A stretch of DNA of 64,000 nucleotides from Nitrosomonadales bacterium (lineage in GTDB: Bacteria; Pseudomonadota; Gammaproteobacteria; Burkholderiales; Gallionellaceae): the NCBI GenBank assembly GCA_016235045.1, contig JACRME010000015.1:3296-67295 (forward strand), written 5' to 3'. The position numbers and the translations under genes were made by a program. Positions 37,475 to 46,524 of this stretch are shown piece by piece; the first letter of the stretch is position 1, and each line of letters opens with the position of its first letter. The notes under the pieces were generated by a model. That model saw nothing but the letters and a program-made list of their open reading frames with translations, was not told the origin of the DNA and ran no database searches.

Positions 37475-37493
37475 TATGAAGCTGAAAAAACAA

Positions 37494-37634
37494 ATTAGCC
37501 ACAGAGAACACAGAGACCACAGAGAAAAGCAAAACGGCATTTGCGTGAGCGCGAAGCACCTTTTGGTTGAAGCCGCGAAATGTGGGGAGGCTAATTCGTT
37601 CTCTGTGTGCTCTGTGTTCTCTGTGGCTTAATTA
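37494..37634. repeat. MITE-like CACAGAG-arm element (copy 3)
   Basis: ATTAGCCACAGAGAACACAGAGACCACAGAGAA ... TTCTCTGTGTGCTCTGTGTTCTCTGTGGCTTAAT, between the permease and ATPase genes. Confidence 0.8.
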
Positions 37635-37645
37635 GGTTTGAATTT

Positions 37646-38326
37646 ATGATCAAACTGACCAACATCCGCAAAGCCTACAACCAGGGACAGCACAACGAGT
37701 TCTGGGCGCTCAACGGCATCGACCTCGATATCGAGGCGAACAAGGTGACCGCCCTGAGCGGCCCCAGCGGTTCGGGCAAGAGCACGCTGCTGAGCATCGT
37801 CGGCTGCATGGCGCGTCCTACCAGCGGGCGCGTGCAACTGGCCGGACGCGACATCTCGGGTTTGCCGGAACGCTTCCTCACCGACATCCGGCGCAGCACC
37901 TTCGGTTTCATTTTCCAGCAGTACAACCTGATCAAGGGGCTCAGCGCACGCGACAATGTGATGCTGCCCGCCTATCCGCTCGGCGGCGACTGGCGCGCGC
38001 TGCACGAGCGCGCCGATATGCTGCTCGATACTTTCAAGCTCGGCCATCGCTGCCACGCACCGGTCGAGTGGCTGTCCGGCGGTGAGCAGCAGCGCGTCGC
38101 CATCGCGCGTGCGCTGATCAACGATCCGCTAGTGGTGATCGCCGACGAGCCGACCGCCAATCTCGATACCGTGCTGTCGCGCGAATTCTTGTCGATCCTG
38201 GAAAGTCTCAAGCAGCAGGGCAAGACCATCCTGCTGAGCAGCCACGACTCGCTGGTGGTCGAATCGTCCGTGGTCGATCGCGTGGTCAGGCTGCGCGACG
38301 GGCATCTGCCGGAGGCGGCGGAATAA
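37646..38326 (+). CDS. ABC transporter ATP-binding protein (MacB/LolD-like)
   Basis: ORF 37607..38326 trimmed to ATG 37646. Walker A GPSGSGKST, signature LSGGEQQRV, Walker B VIADEP. Confidence 0.9.
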   Translation: MIKLTNIRKAYNQGQHNEFWALNGIDLDIEANKVTALSGPSGSGKSTLLSIVGCMARPTSGRVQLAGRDISGLPERFLTDIRRSTFGFIFQQYNLIKGLSARDNVMLPAYPLGGDWRALHERADMLLDTFKLGHRCHAPVEWLSGGEQQRVAIARALINDPLVVIADEPTANLDTVLSREFLSILESLKQQGKTILLSSHDSLVVESSVVDRVVRLRDGHLPEAAE

Positions 38327-39327
38327 TGTTGTTCCAACCGGCCATCATCGCGCTGTTGCTGGCATCCGCCGTCAGCGTGCTGATGCTTGCCGCCGCAGCG
38401 CCGTACGCCTGGCAGTTGGCGCGCCACTGGGACATCGCCAGCGGATCGGAACTGCAGTTGCGCCTGGAACGGCGCACCTATCTGCTGTCCACCTTGCTCA
38501 CCTTCGTCTTTGCCACGCAACTGGCGAGCCTGCTGCTGTTCATTTTCAACGCCGACAAGATGGCGGTGATGTTCGTCGGCGCCATGTGCGCGGTGGGTAC
38601 GCTCAACGCCAATGCCTGGGGCTTCCCCGCGCTGTTCGCGCAGATCGCGGTGTTCTTCATGGCGGCGGTGTGGCTGGTGCTCAATCACGTCGATACCCGC
38701 GCTTACGACTATCCGCTGGTGCGCACGAAATACATTTTGCTCATGGGCATCCTGCCGTTTGTCGTGCTTTCGTTTGCTTTGCAGCTCGCGTATTTCCTTA
38801 ACCTCAAGGCCGACATCATTACTTCCTGCTGCGGCAGCCTGTTTTCCGGCGACGCGCAGACGCTCGCCGCCGACGCCTCGGCGTTGCCGCCGCAACCGGC
38901 AATGCTGTTGTTTTATGGCGCGTTGCTGCTGGCTGTTGCTGCCGCCATCTTCCATGCGCGCAAACTGCGCGCGGCCTATCTCGTCGCCGCGTCTTCCGCC
39001 GCCGCCTTCGTCGTCGCGCTGACCGGCATCCTGTCGTTCGTCTCGCTGTATGTGTACGAACACCCGCACCACCATTGCCCGTTCTGCCTGCTCAAGCCGG
39101 AGTACGACTATCAGGGCTACTGGCTGTATCTGCCGCTGTTCGCCGCGACCGCCGCCGGATTGAGTGTCGGTACCATTCAACCTTTTGCGCGCGTGCCCAG
39201 CCTTGCCGCTATCGTGCCGCAAATCGCACGCCGCCTGGCTTGGGTGGCGGCGCTGGGCTTTGCTTTGTTTGCTGCGGTGGCGACGTTCATGGTCGCCCAT
39301 TCCAATTTGATTTTGTTGAAAGACTGA
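38326..39327 (+). CDS. polytopic membrane protein with cysteine motifs (unknown family)
   Basis: 333 aa with about 9 TM segments. Notable SCCGSLFSG and HPHHHCPFCLL motifs. The start overlaps the ATPase stop (TAATG). Confidence 0.7.
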   Translation: MLFQPAIIALLLASAVSVLMLAAAAPYAWQLARHWDIASGSELQLRLERRTYLLSTLLTFVFATQLASLLLFIFNADKMAVMFVGAMCAVGTLNANAWGFPALFAQIAVFFMAAVWLVLNHVDTRAYDYPLVRTKYILLMGILPFVVLSFALQLAYFLNLKADIITSCCGSLFSGDAQTLAADASALPPQPAMLLFYGALLLAVAAAIFHARKLRAAYLVAASSAAAFVVALTGILSFVSLYVYEHPHHHCPFCLLKPEYDYQGYWLYLPLFAATAAGLSVGTIQPFARVPSLAAIVPQIARRLAWVAALGFALFAAVATFMVAHSNLILLKD

Positions 39328-39328
39328 G

Positions 39329-39829
39329 ATGCTGCGTTTCCTGTTGCCGGTGCTGTTCGTTTCCCTGCTCGCCGCCTGCGAGCGCGGGGCGCCCAAATAC
39401 AATGTCGGCAGCATTGCTCCGGCTTTTTCCACTATCTATATGGATGGCAAGGCCGTGCATTTCCCCGGGGATTTTCGCGGCAAGCCGGTGGTCATCCGCT
39501 TCTGGGCGGACTGGTGCCACACCTGCGAAGGCGAAATGAAAACCATCGAAACGGTTTATCAGAACCGGCACGCCCAAGGGTTGCAACTACTGGCCGTCAA
39601 TACCGGACAAGACAAGGACACGGTCACTGCATTCATCCGCAAGATCGGCATCAGCTACCCGTCGCTGCTGGACGAGAAAGCAGATATCGCACGCCAGTAC
39701 GGCGTGGTCGGGTTGCCGACCACCTTCTTCATCGGTGCCGACGGCATCATCAAATCCAAGGTGGTGGGTGAAGCCGATGTGGCGATTTTCGACAAACTTG
39801 CCGGGGAATTGATCGATGGAACACGCTAA
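39329..39829 (+). CDS. TlpA/ResA-like periplasmic thiol:disulfide oxidoreductase lipoprotein
   Basis: Lipobox SLLAAC and the thioredoxin motif FWADWCHTCEGE. Confidence 0.85.
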   Translation: MLRFLLPVLFVSLLAACERGAPKYNVGSIAPAFSTIYMDGKAVHFPGDFRGKPVVIRFWADWCHTCEGEMKTIETVYQNRHAQGLQLLAVNTGQDKDTVTAFIRKIGISYPSLLDEKADIARQYGVVGLPTTFFIGADGIIKSKVVGEADVAIFDKLAGELIDGTR

Positions 39830-40505
39830 CCAAATTTCTTACGGCCTCGCCTTCATGACCGGCATCCTCGGCACCGGTCATTGCCTCGGCATGTGCGGCG
39901 GTCTGGTGTCCGGCTTCTTCATGCGCCAGGGCGCAAAGAGCATCGCACCCTATCTGGCCTACCACGCGGCGCGCGTTTCGGTGTATGTGCTGATTGGCCT
40001 GATTGCGGCGAGTCTGGGTGCGGTGCTGGCGCAGACCGGCCTGTTCGGCAAGCTGCAGGGGATATTGCAGATCGTCGCCGGACTGGTGGTCATCCTGCTT
40101 GGCTTCGACATCCTGGGCGTGCTGCCGATCAGCAACACACTGCATTTTGCGCCGATGAAATGGATCTTCCGGCAATTCGCCACTGCCACGCGGCAAGGCC
40201 CGGTGGCCGGGTCGTTCATCGGCGGTGCGGTCAACGGACTCATGCCCTGTTCGATGGTGATGGCGATGGCGGTGCAGGCCACCACCGCTCCCGGCCCGCT
40301 GGAAGGCGGCTTGTTGTTGCTGGCTTTCGGCCTGGGCACGTTGCCGGCCATGTTCGCCGCCGGTTATCTGTTCGGCAAACTGGGGATCAAGGCGCGCGGC
40401 TGGCTGATCCGCAGTGCGGCGCTGTTCGTCATCGCGCTCGGGATTTCCACCTTGTGGCAGGGGCTGACTTATTACAGCGTGATGCGCAACCTGGCGAACT
40501 GGTGA
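39816..40505 (+). CDS. DsbD_2-type transmembrane thiol-redox/metal-handling protein
   Basis: Six TM segments with GTGHCLGMCGG near the N-terminus, typical of the DsbD_2 (cytochrome c biogenesis-like) family. Confidence 0.7.
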   Translation: MEHANQISYGLAFMTGILGTGHCLGMCGGLVSGFFMRQGAKSIAPYLAYHAARVSVYVLIGLIAASLGAVLAQTGLFGKLQGILQIVAGLVVILLGFDILGVLPISNTLHFAPMKWIFRQFATATRQGPVAGSFIGGAVNGLMPCSMVMAMAVQATTAPGPLEGGLLLLAFGLGTLPAMFAAGYLFGKLGIKARGWLIRSAALFVIALGISTLWQGLTYYSVMRNLANW

Positions 40506-40603
40506 GGCTGCTTTCGAATAAGTACTTAAGAGGAGCGAGCAGGGAGAGCAGTACCGGTATTTTATGAATCGCTTTGTATTTTTAACTTGAAAAGGAGTAT
40601 CAA

Positions 40604-41203
40604 ATGAAACGACGCGACATGCTGAAACTTTCCGTTTCCGCCCTCGGTCTTGCGGCGTTGCCGGCGCAGGCTGCCGAATCCTGCACGGGCGACGGCACGC
40701 CGGCGCAGTTCGTGCCCAAGAAGGCGCCCGATGCCAAGGCATCCGAAAACGACATCGAGAAATATGCCAAGTGCCCGTACTGCGGCATGGATCGCAAGCA
40801 ATACCATCATTCGCGCATGCTCGTGCATTACAGCGACGACCTGGCCGACGGCACCTGTTCCCTGCACTGTGCGGCAATCAGCCTGTCGCTCAACGTCGAC
40901 CGCGAGCCGAAGGCGATCTACGTCGCGGATAACGCCTCCGCCGCAGAGATCAAACCGCTGGTCGAAGTCGGCAATGCCACCTTCCTGATCGGCAGCCAGC
41001 TCAAGGGTGTGATGACCAAGCGCAGCAAGGTCGCCTACGGCAATGCCGATGCGCTCAAGGCATCGCAGGCGACCAACGGCGGCGAGCCGGGCAACTTCGA
41101 CGCGGCACTGCTGGCTGCGTACACCGATATGGCGCAGGACGTGTCGATGATCCGCAAGAACCGCGAAGAGCGGCGCAAGAAAATGATGATGAAGCCAAGC
41201 TGA
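40604..41203 (+). CDS. Tat-exported NosL/TRASH-like metal-binding protein
   Basis: Twin-arginine signal MKRRDMLKLSVSALGLAALPAQA. CPYCGM metal-binding motif plus a CSLHC motif. Confidence 0.55.
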   Translation: MKRRDMLKLSVSALGLAALPAQAAESCTGDGTPAQFVPKKAPDAKASENDIEKYAKCPYCGMDRKQYHHSRMLVHYSDDLADGTCSLHCAAISLSLNVDREPKAIYVADNASAAEIKPLVEVGNATFLIGSQLKGVMTKRSKVAYGNADALKASQATNGGEPGNFDAALLAAYTDMAQDVSMIRKNREERRKKMMMKPS

Positions 41204-41204
41204 C

Positions 41205-41699
41205 ATGATGCTGTTTAAACGACTCGTCATGCTGTCGTTCCTCACTCTCTGGGCTGCATTTGCTGCCGCCCAGGAGGGGGTTGTCGTGCCCAAGCCGGGG
41301 GCGAAGGAACTGTGTCCGGTGTGCGGCATGCTGGTATCGAAATATCCCAACTGGGTCGCCGTGGTGCGCTACCGCGACGGTCACGCGCATTTCTTCGACG
41401 GCGCCAAGGATATGTTCAAGTATTTGCATGATTACGCCAGATACGCACCCGGCCATCGCAAGGAAGACATCGCGGGCATCCACGTCACCGAATTCTACGG
41501 CCTGGGCAAAATGGATGCGCACCAGGCTTTTTACGTCATCGGCTCCGATGTGCCCGGCCCGATGGGACATGAGTTCGTACCGCTGGCAACGCGCGCCGAT
41601 GCCGAAGAATTCTTCAAGGACCACAAAGGCAAGCAAATACTGACTTTCGAGCAGGTCAGCGCCGCCCTCATCGAGCGGGTCGACGACGGCAAGTTCTGA
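41205..41699 (+). CDS. nosL: NosL-family copper chaperone-like protein
   Basis: Signal peptide, then CPVCGMLVSKYPNWVAVVRY.DGHAHFFDGAKDMFKY...GSDVPGPMGHEFVPLATRADAEEFFKDHKG is the typical NosL family pattern. Confidence 0.75.
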   Translation: MMLFKRLVMLSFLTLWAAFAAAQEGVVVPKPGAKELCPVCGMLVSKYPNWVAVVRYRDGHAHFFDGAKDMFKYLHDYARYAPGHRKEDIAGIHVTEFYGLGKMDAHQAFYVIGSDVPGPMGHEFVPLATRADAEEFFKDHKGKQILTFEQVSAALIERVDDGKF

Positions 41700-41764
41700 A
41701 CGTCGGCCGGTCGGCTGGCTCCGTGCCGCGACCGCAAAAACCGACAGCCCGGGTTACATTGCTT

Positions 41765-41780
41765 TGTCACAATCGCTACA
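41765..41780 (+). promoter_or_regulatory. NifA UAS upstream of the LRV operon
   Basis: TGTCACAATCGCTACA is an exact TGT-N10-ACA, 75 nt upstream of the -24 element. Confidence 0.65.
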
Positions 41781-41854
41781 AAATTGCCAGTTCCCGCGTC
41801 CTGCTGGAGCATAACCCCCGCGTCATTATTGGCTTTGCGCCAGCTTTGCCGTTT

Positions 41855-41870
41855 TGGCACGGTGGTTGCT
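41855..41870 (+). promoter_or_regulatory. sigma-54 promoter of the LRV operon
   Basis: TGGCACGGTGGTTGCT (TGGCAC-N5-TTGC), 49 nt upstream of ATG 41919. Confidence 0.8.
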
Positions 41871-41918
41871 CATATCCTCCCCAACTGGATTGCGGAGCAA
41901 CAATTGAAGGTTTTCAAC

Positions 41919-42686
41919 ATGCCCGAACGTCATGCTGGTGCGTCGCCGTTGGCTGAAGTCGTGCGCGTCGATTGCGCGGCGTGCCCGCATCGCGCGTTAT
42001 TGGCTGAAGGAAAATGCGTGCCGGGCGACGTGTGCCTGATCGCACCAAGCGGGCGCCAGATCGACCGCTTTCTGCGACGCAATCCGCAATATGCCCAGGA
42101 ATACCTGACCGATTCGTTCTGGGAACGGCGCGCAATCGCGATGCGCTACGCGCCGCTGGAAATGGTGCGGCATCTGCCGCACGATGCGGACGAGGTGGTG
42201 CGCCGTGTGGTGGCAAGCCGCTTGCCCATTGACGATCTGGGCGATTACCTGCGCGATCCGGATCGCGAGGTGCGCATGACGGTGGCCGCGCGCATCGCGC
42301 CGGAGCGGTTGACCGCCCTGTTGGGCGATGACGATTATCTGGTGCGCCTGCAGGTGGCAAAACGCCTGCCGCACGGCCAGTTGCCGCGCATGGCGAACGA
42401 TGAAGATCGCGAAGTGCGCAAGGAGATCGCGCGGCGCTTGCCGACATTCGCCTTGCGCCTGTTGGCGAAAGACGAGGACGTGGAAGTGCGCCGCATCGTC
42501 GCGTCGCGCGTGCTGTCCGACGATGCAATGCAGATGCTGGGTGACGCCGACTGGGTGGTGCGGCTTGAGGCAGTGCAGCGCGCTCCGCTTGAGGACATCA
42601 CCGAACTGGTGGACGACGATGAGCCGGAAGTGCGCGCCGCAGTACGGCAACGATTGAATGATTTTTTGCAGGGAGACGACAAATGA
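41919..42686 (+). CDS. leucine-rich-variant (LRV) repeat 4Fe-4S protein
   Basis: ORF 41784..42686 trimmed to ATG 41919. The N-terminal Cys cluster is VDCAACPHRALLAEGKCVPGDVC. It is followed by about 8 tandem 24-residue repeats of the form D-x-D-x-x-VR-x-x-VA-x-RLP, as in the Azotobacter nif-cluster LRV protein. Confidence 0.8.
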   Translation: MPERHAGASPLAEVVRVDCAACPHRALLAEGKCVPGDVCLIAPSGRQIDRFLRRNPQYAQEYLTDSFWERRAIAMRYAPLEMVRHLPHDADEVVRRVVASRLPIDDLGDYLRDPDREVRMTVAARIAPERLTALLGDDDYLVRLQVAKRLPHGQLPRMANDEDREVRKEIARRLPTFALRLLAKDEDVEVRRIVASRVLSDDAMQMLGDADWVVRLEAVQRAPLEDITELVDDDEPEVRAAVRQRLNDFLQGDDK

Positions 42687-43648
42687 GCATCTATACGCCC
42701 GATGAAACCACGCTGCACAATCTGGAAAGCGAGATCGAAGCAACTTCGCCGCGCCCGCATCACAGCGCAATGCTGGAAATCGCCAACCGCATTTGCACCG
42801 GCTGCACTTTTCACTATGCGCTGAACCGCGGCGGCTGGTATCGCTCCGGCGGCGTCGTTGCGGCGGACGGAACGCGTATTGCCGAGGACCTGGGGACATG
42901 GGCGAAAGCGGAACTGAAAGCGTGCGGCGACGACATGCACGAACTGGTCGAGCGTTATGACGACAGCGGTTTGCTGGTGACGCGCCATTCCGGGCGCACC
43001 CACTACCTGGTCGCGTCCTACGGCCCATCCCCCGCGGATTTCCTGCAACTGGAAGTCGAAGAATTGCAGGAAGTGCTGGATCGCGAGCTGATCAATCCGG
43101 ATGCCCCGCCGGACGACGTGCAGGAGCTGATCGAACCGTTGCAGCCCAGCCAGCTTGAGGCGCAGCCGGTTGCCGCGCCGCGCTACCGTTTCCGCCGTCT
43201 GCTCGACATGCGCCAGACCGTTGCCAGGGTATCCACCGCCGATGGCCGCAACGCCGGATTCGCGCGTCTGCTTTCCGAGTGGGCGCACAGCAGCGCGGCG
43301 TCGCGCGGCCATTTCAGCGATCACTGGATTGTCGCGTTGCGCGAACACCAGGATCGTTACCGCAACCCGGTGATTTCCGCATCGCTGGTTTCGCGCCAGG
43401 CGCGCACGCTCAAGCCGTTCCAGTGGAACCTCGAACTGTCCGGAGTGGACATGCTGAAGCAGTTGCAGGCCTTCGACCGCGCCGCCGGTTATCCGTCGGC
43501 GTGGTATTTCCACCTCGTCGGCGGCACCTTCACTCCGCCCGGGATTGCCTACGCAGTCGCGCGCGACCTGGAGTCGGGTTTCAGTTACCTGCCGGATACC
43601 GAGGCTGTGTTGGTGAAGGGCTGGGCGGCGGCGCCGTACTCTGTCTAG
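42683..43648 (+). CDS. conserved hypothetical protein co-transcribed with LRV
   Basis: 321-aa ORF overlapping the LRV stop by 4 nt. No motif recognised. Confidence 0.6.
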   Translation: MSIYTPDETTLHNLESEIEATSPRPHHSAMLEIANRICTGCTFHYALNRGGWYRSGGVVAADGTRIAEDLGTWAKAELKACGDDMHELVERYDDSGLLVTRHSGRTHYLVASYGPSPADFLQLEVEELQEVLDRELINPDAPPDDVQELIEPLQPSQLEAQPVAAPRYRFRRLLDMRQTVARVSTADGRNAGFARLLSEWAHSSAASRGHFSDHWIVALREHQDRYRNPVISASLVSRQARTLKPFQWNLELSGVDMLKQLQAFDRAAGYPSAWYFHLVGGTFTPPGIAYAVARDLESGFSYLPDTEAVLVKGWAAAPYSV

Positions 43649-43672
43649 GACAGCGCCGACTGGTCGTTTTCC

Positions 43673-44224
43673 CTAAGTGCGAAGGAACCCGAGAAACTCG
43701 CGGCGCGACACTTCCCGTTGCCAGCCGCATTCCCGTTTCTTTTCCTCCATCACCCGGTCGCGGACTTTGATGACCTCATCCCAGGCGGCAAACACCGCAC
43801 CGGCGGAATCATATTGCCCCATCGACTGCACCAGCGGCTGCAGCAGGAAATGCCCGAGTGCGGGCAGGTAGTTGAGGTGCGCCTTCAATGTCTCGCCCAG
43901 CAGGGTGAATTCAAGCTGTGGGCCGATCACTAGAAAAGGTGCCGCCGCACATTCGCTTGCGCTCCAGCCGGACGGAATGAGCAGGCCGGGATCGCGTTCG
44001 GGCAGGAACACTCGCGCCATCATCCACGGCGTCAGCAACAGGAATATGCACCAGCCGTCGGTGCGGCGGTAGGCACGGATCTCGATCGGCAAGTCGTGGT
44101 TGACCTGAAACTCGTGGCTGAAATACCTGCGGTAGATTTCGCCGAAGCTTTTACTCACCGCAGCGACCACCGCCCGGTCATCGCTTGCGGGCGCTGCACC
44201 GAGTTTCCACGCGCTGTCAGTCAA
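43673..44224 (-). CDS. HybE-like ([NiFe]-hydrogenase assembly chaperone family) protein
   Basis: IEIRAYRRTDGWCIFLLLTPWMMARVFLP resembles the HybE core (…W.G.LITPW.M..V.LP). It overlaps the TorD-like gene by 8 nt. Confidence 0.5.
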   Translation of the reverse strand: MTDSAWKLGAAPASDDRAVVAAVSKSFGEIYRRYFSHEFQVNHDLPIEIRAYRRTDGWCIFLLLTPWMMARVFLPERDPGLLIPSGWSASECAAAPFLVIGPQLEFTLLGETLKAHLNYLPALGHFLLQPLVQSMGQYDSAGAVFAAWDEVIKVRDRVMEEKKRECGWQREVSRREFLGFLRT

Positions 44225-44729
44225 GAGACAACTCCGCCAGTTGCCGGCCGAACAGCCGGTACAGAAGCAACCGGCTTTCCTGCTGCAATGCCGAACCGAA
44301 CTTGGGCAGCCAGGCGGAAAGATGTTCCCGCCATAATTCCAGCAACAGCTCGCTGCTGTGATTGCAGGGTTGCTCGCTCAGATAAGCGGCGCACTCCAGC
44401 TGGGTGCCGAGATAGTCCGGCGGCAAGCTTTCAGCCTGCAGACCGGCGCGGCGGTACAGGTCGCCGAGCTGGTCGGAGGCCGTGCTGAACATGGTTCCTC
44501 TGAGGAAAGCCGATTCGAACGGCGGGCAGACGGTTTTCGGATGGCCGGAGATGAACAGGCGCGTGTGTTCGGCCTGCCATTCCTCCAGCGGCGTTTGCTC
44601 CAGTTCCGCGACCGGCTTGACCAGCCAGGCGTGCTGCGCAGTCAATTCGCGCAGCACGTCCAGCGATTCGTTGCCGGGACTGGCCAGCAGGCCGGAAAGC
44701 AGCCGCAGGATTTCGGGAGAGGCGTTCAC
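44217..44729 (-). CDS. TorD/DmsD-family redox-enzyme maturation chaperone
   Basis: ...EWQAEHTRLFISGHPKTVCPPFESAF...LPPDYLGTQLECAAYL is the TorD-like signature. Confidence 0.7.
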   Translation of the reverse strand: MNASPEILRLLSGLLASPGNESLDVLRELTAQHAWLVKPVAELEQTPLEEWQAEHTRLFISGHPKTVCPPFESAFLRGTMFSTASDQLGDLYRRAGLQAESLPPDYLGTQLECAAYLSEQPCNHSSELLLELWREHLSAWLPKFGSALQQESRLLLYRLFGRQLAELSLD

Positions 44730-44763
44730 AGTCTAACTCCAGAAAATCCATTAGCCGTTTTAT

Positions 44764-44925
44764 CCCCTCCCCCTTGCAGGGGGATAACCAGCGACTTGGC
44801 TGGCGTCGTTTGCCAGCCTAGACGAATGGCTAGTAGTTCCATCAGGGTTAGGGAGGGGGTAGAAACGGTATTGCTGCACAACTCTACCCCCATCCTAACC
44901 TTCCCCCTGCAAGGGGGAAGGAACG
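44764..44925. repeat. REP-B doublet carrying a nested 60-nt element
   Basis: Same architecture as 6081-6242 and 51221-51385. It lies between the NrfD-like and TorD-like genes. Confidence 0.85.
44784..44843 (+). mobile_element. 60-nt hairpin element nested in a REP-B arm (copy 3)
   Basis: ATAACCAGCGACTTGGCTGGCGTCGTTTGCCAGCCTAGACGAATGGCTAGTAGTTCCATC, at the same insertion point (GCAGGGGG^ ... ^AGGG). Confidence 0.7.
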
Positions 44926-44952
44926 AGTTTGGCTCTAATGTATTAATTGGTT

Positions 44953-45909
44953 TTACCACGGATAGGAGTACGTGCCCGCATACATGAAATAGTGCCGCAG
45001 CATGTAACCGCCCATCAGCACCAGCAATCCCGCCGCCACGCTGGGGTAACGCCCGCTCCACCCCTTGATCACGCCTTTCAATTCGAGCAGGAACGGCACC
45101 AGCAGACCGAAGCCGATGAAACCGATCAGCCAGCCCATGTCGTGCCACAGCAGTTGCGCCGAGCGGTAGCCGGATTCCGAGCCGGACAGGGTGTAGTTGA
45201 AGAACGAAAACAGGATCACCAGTTCGGCGGCGATGAGGATCACATCGAACAACTCAAAGCGGTGGCGCAGATCCTGGTCGAATTCGTCGCGGATGAAGGT
45301 GTTCATGATCACCAGCAAATAGGCGAACGCGGTCGAGAAGGCGGACACCGTGAACAGCAGCGGCACGCCGGGGTTATGCCACAGGGCCACTGCCGGGAAC
45401 GACTGCAGCAGGAGGCCGGTATAGACGGCGGTGCCGATGCCGTTGATGGTGGCGAACCAGCCAACGATGCGGCGGTACTTCATGCAGGTATCGGACAGCC
45501 ACACCACGATCTTCGACCGCAGCATTGCTCCGACCAGCGGCATGTTCATGAACACCGGCGTTTCACGCATGTAGGGGAACGCGTAAATCGTGCCCCATAC
45601 CATCATCCACAGGATGAACTGGGTGCCCCAGGCGATCCAGGCGCTCGGTTGTTGAATCAGCACCAGCGGATTGAGCACGTGGATCACCGCCGTGTGATGC
45701 AGCAGGTGGCCGAACAGCACGGCCGAACTGATGCCGAGCATGGCCACGCCGGACAGCGCGCCCCACATCACCAGCTTGGGATGCGGTCGGCAATACATGT
45801 CGGTGAGGAAGCTGATCGAAAGCGTTGCCGCCCCCAGCCCGCCGAAGAACAGGTACATGGCGATCCACCAGGTCCACAGGCTTTGCGTCGTATAGGTCAT
45901 AGTGTCCAT
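44953..45909 (-). CDS. NrfD/PsrC-type membrane quinol-interacting subunit
   Basis: 318 aa with about 8 TM segments. It follows the Fe-S subunit gene. Confidence 0.8.
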   Translation of the reverse strand: MDTMTYTTQSLWTWWIAMYLFFGGLGAATLSISFLTDMYCRPHPKLVMWGALSGVAMLGISSAVLFGHLLHHTAVIHVLNPLVLIQQPSAWIAWGTQFILWMMVWGTIYAFPYMRETPVFMNMPLVGAMLRSKIVVWLSDTCMKYRRIVGWFATINGIGTAVYTGLLLQSFPAVALWHNPGVPLLFTVSAFSTAFAYLLVIMNTFIRDEFDQDLRHRFELFDVILIAAELVILFSFFNYTLSGSESGYRSAQLLWHDMGWLIGFIGFGLLVPFLLELKGVIKGWSGRYPSVAAGLLVLMGGYMLRHYFMYAGTYSYPW

Positions 45910-45912
45910 GAT

Positions 45913-46524
45913 TTAACCTTTCCGCTTCATGTCTTCGATGTAATACACATTCGGCCGGGTGCCGAAGTGCGCCATCAGCGGCTGTGCCGCGCCGCTCATC
46001 ACGATCTGCGCCACCGGATCGGACGGGTTGTCCAGATCGCCGAACAGCCGCGCCGAACCGACGCAGGTCTCGACACAGGCGGGCTTCATTCCCTTGTCGA
46101 CGCGATGCGCGCAGAACGAGCACTTGTCCATGCCCGAACTGGTGCGCTGCAGTTCGCCGTAGAATTCCTTGCCTTCGCGGATGTCGCTATAGGTGACTTC
46201 GTAGCGCGCATCGTACGGACAGGCCATGGCGCAGGCGCGGCAGCCCATGCAGTAATCGGGATTGATCATCACGATGCCGTCGGCACGTTTGGATGTGGCG
46301 CCGGTCGGGCACACGGTCAGGCAGGGCGGGTTGTCGCAGTGGTTGCACAGGTGCGGAAAGAAGCGCCGCCGCACCATTTCGTTGGTGCCGATTTCCTTCT
46401 CCGGCACATAGGTGCGCCACTTGTTTTTCCATACCGGCGTCTGGTTTTCCATTGCGCAGGCAGCCATGCAGGCGTTGCAGCCGACACAAGTATTCAGGTC
46501 AATGACCATGGCGTAGTGAGTCAT
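45913..46524 (-). CDS. 4x[4Fe-4S] ferredoxin subunit (PsrB/DmsB-like)
   Basis: CVGCNACMAAC, CNHCDNPPCLTVCP, CMGCRACAMACP and CSFCAHRV...CVETC cluster motifs. Confidence 0.9.
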   Translation of the reverse strand: MTHYAMVIDLNTCVGCNACMAACAMENQTPVWKNKWRTYVPEKEIGTNEMVRRRFFPHLCNHCDNPPCLTVCPTGATSKRADGIVMINPDYCMGCRACAMACPYDARYEVTYSDIREGKEFYGELQRTSSGMDKCSFCAHRVDKGMKPACVETCVGSARLFGDLDNPSDPVAQIVMSGAAQPLMAHFGTRPNVYYIEDMKRKG

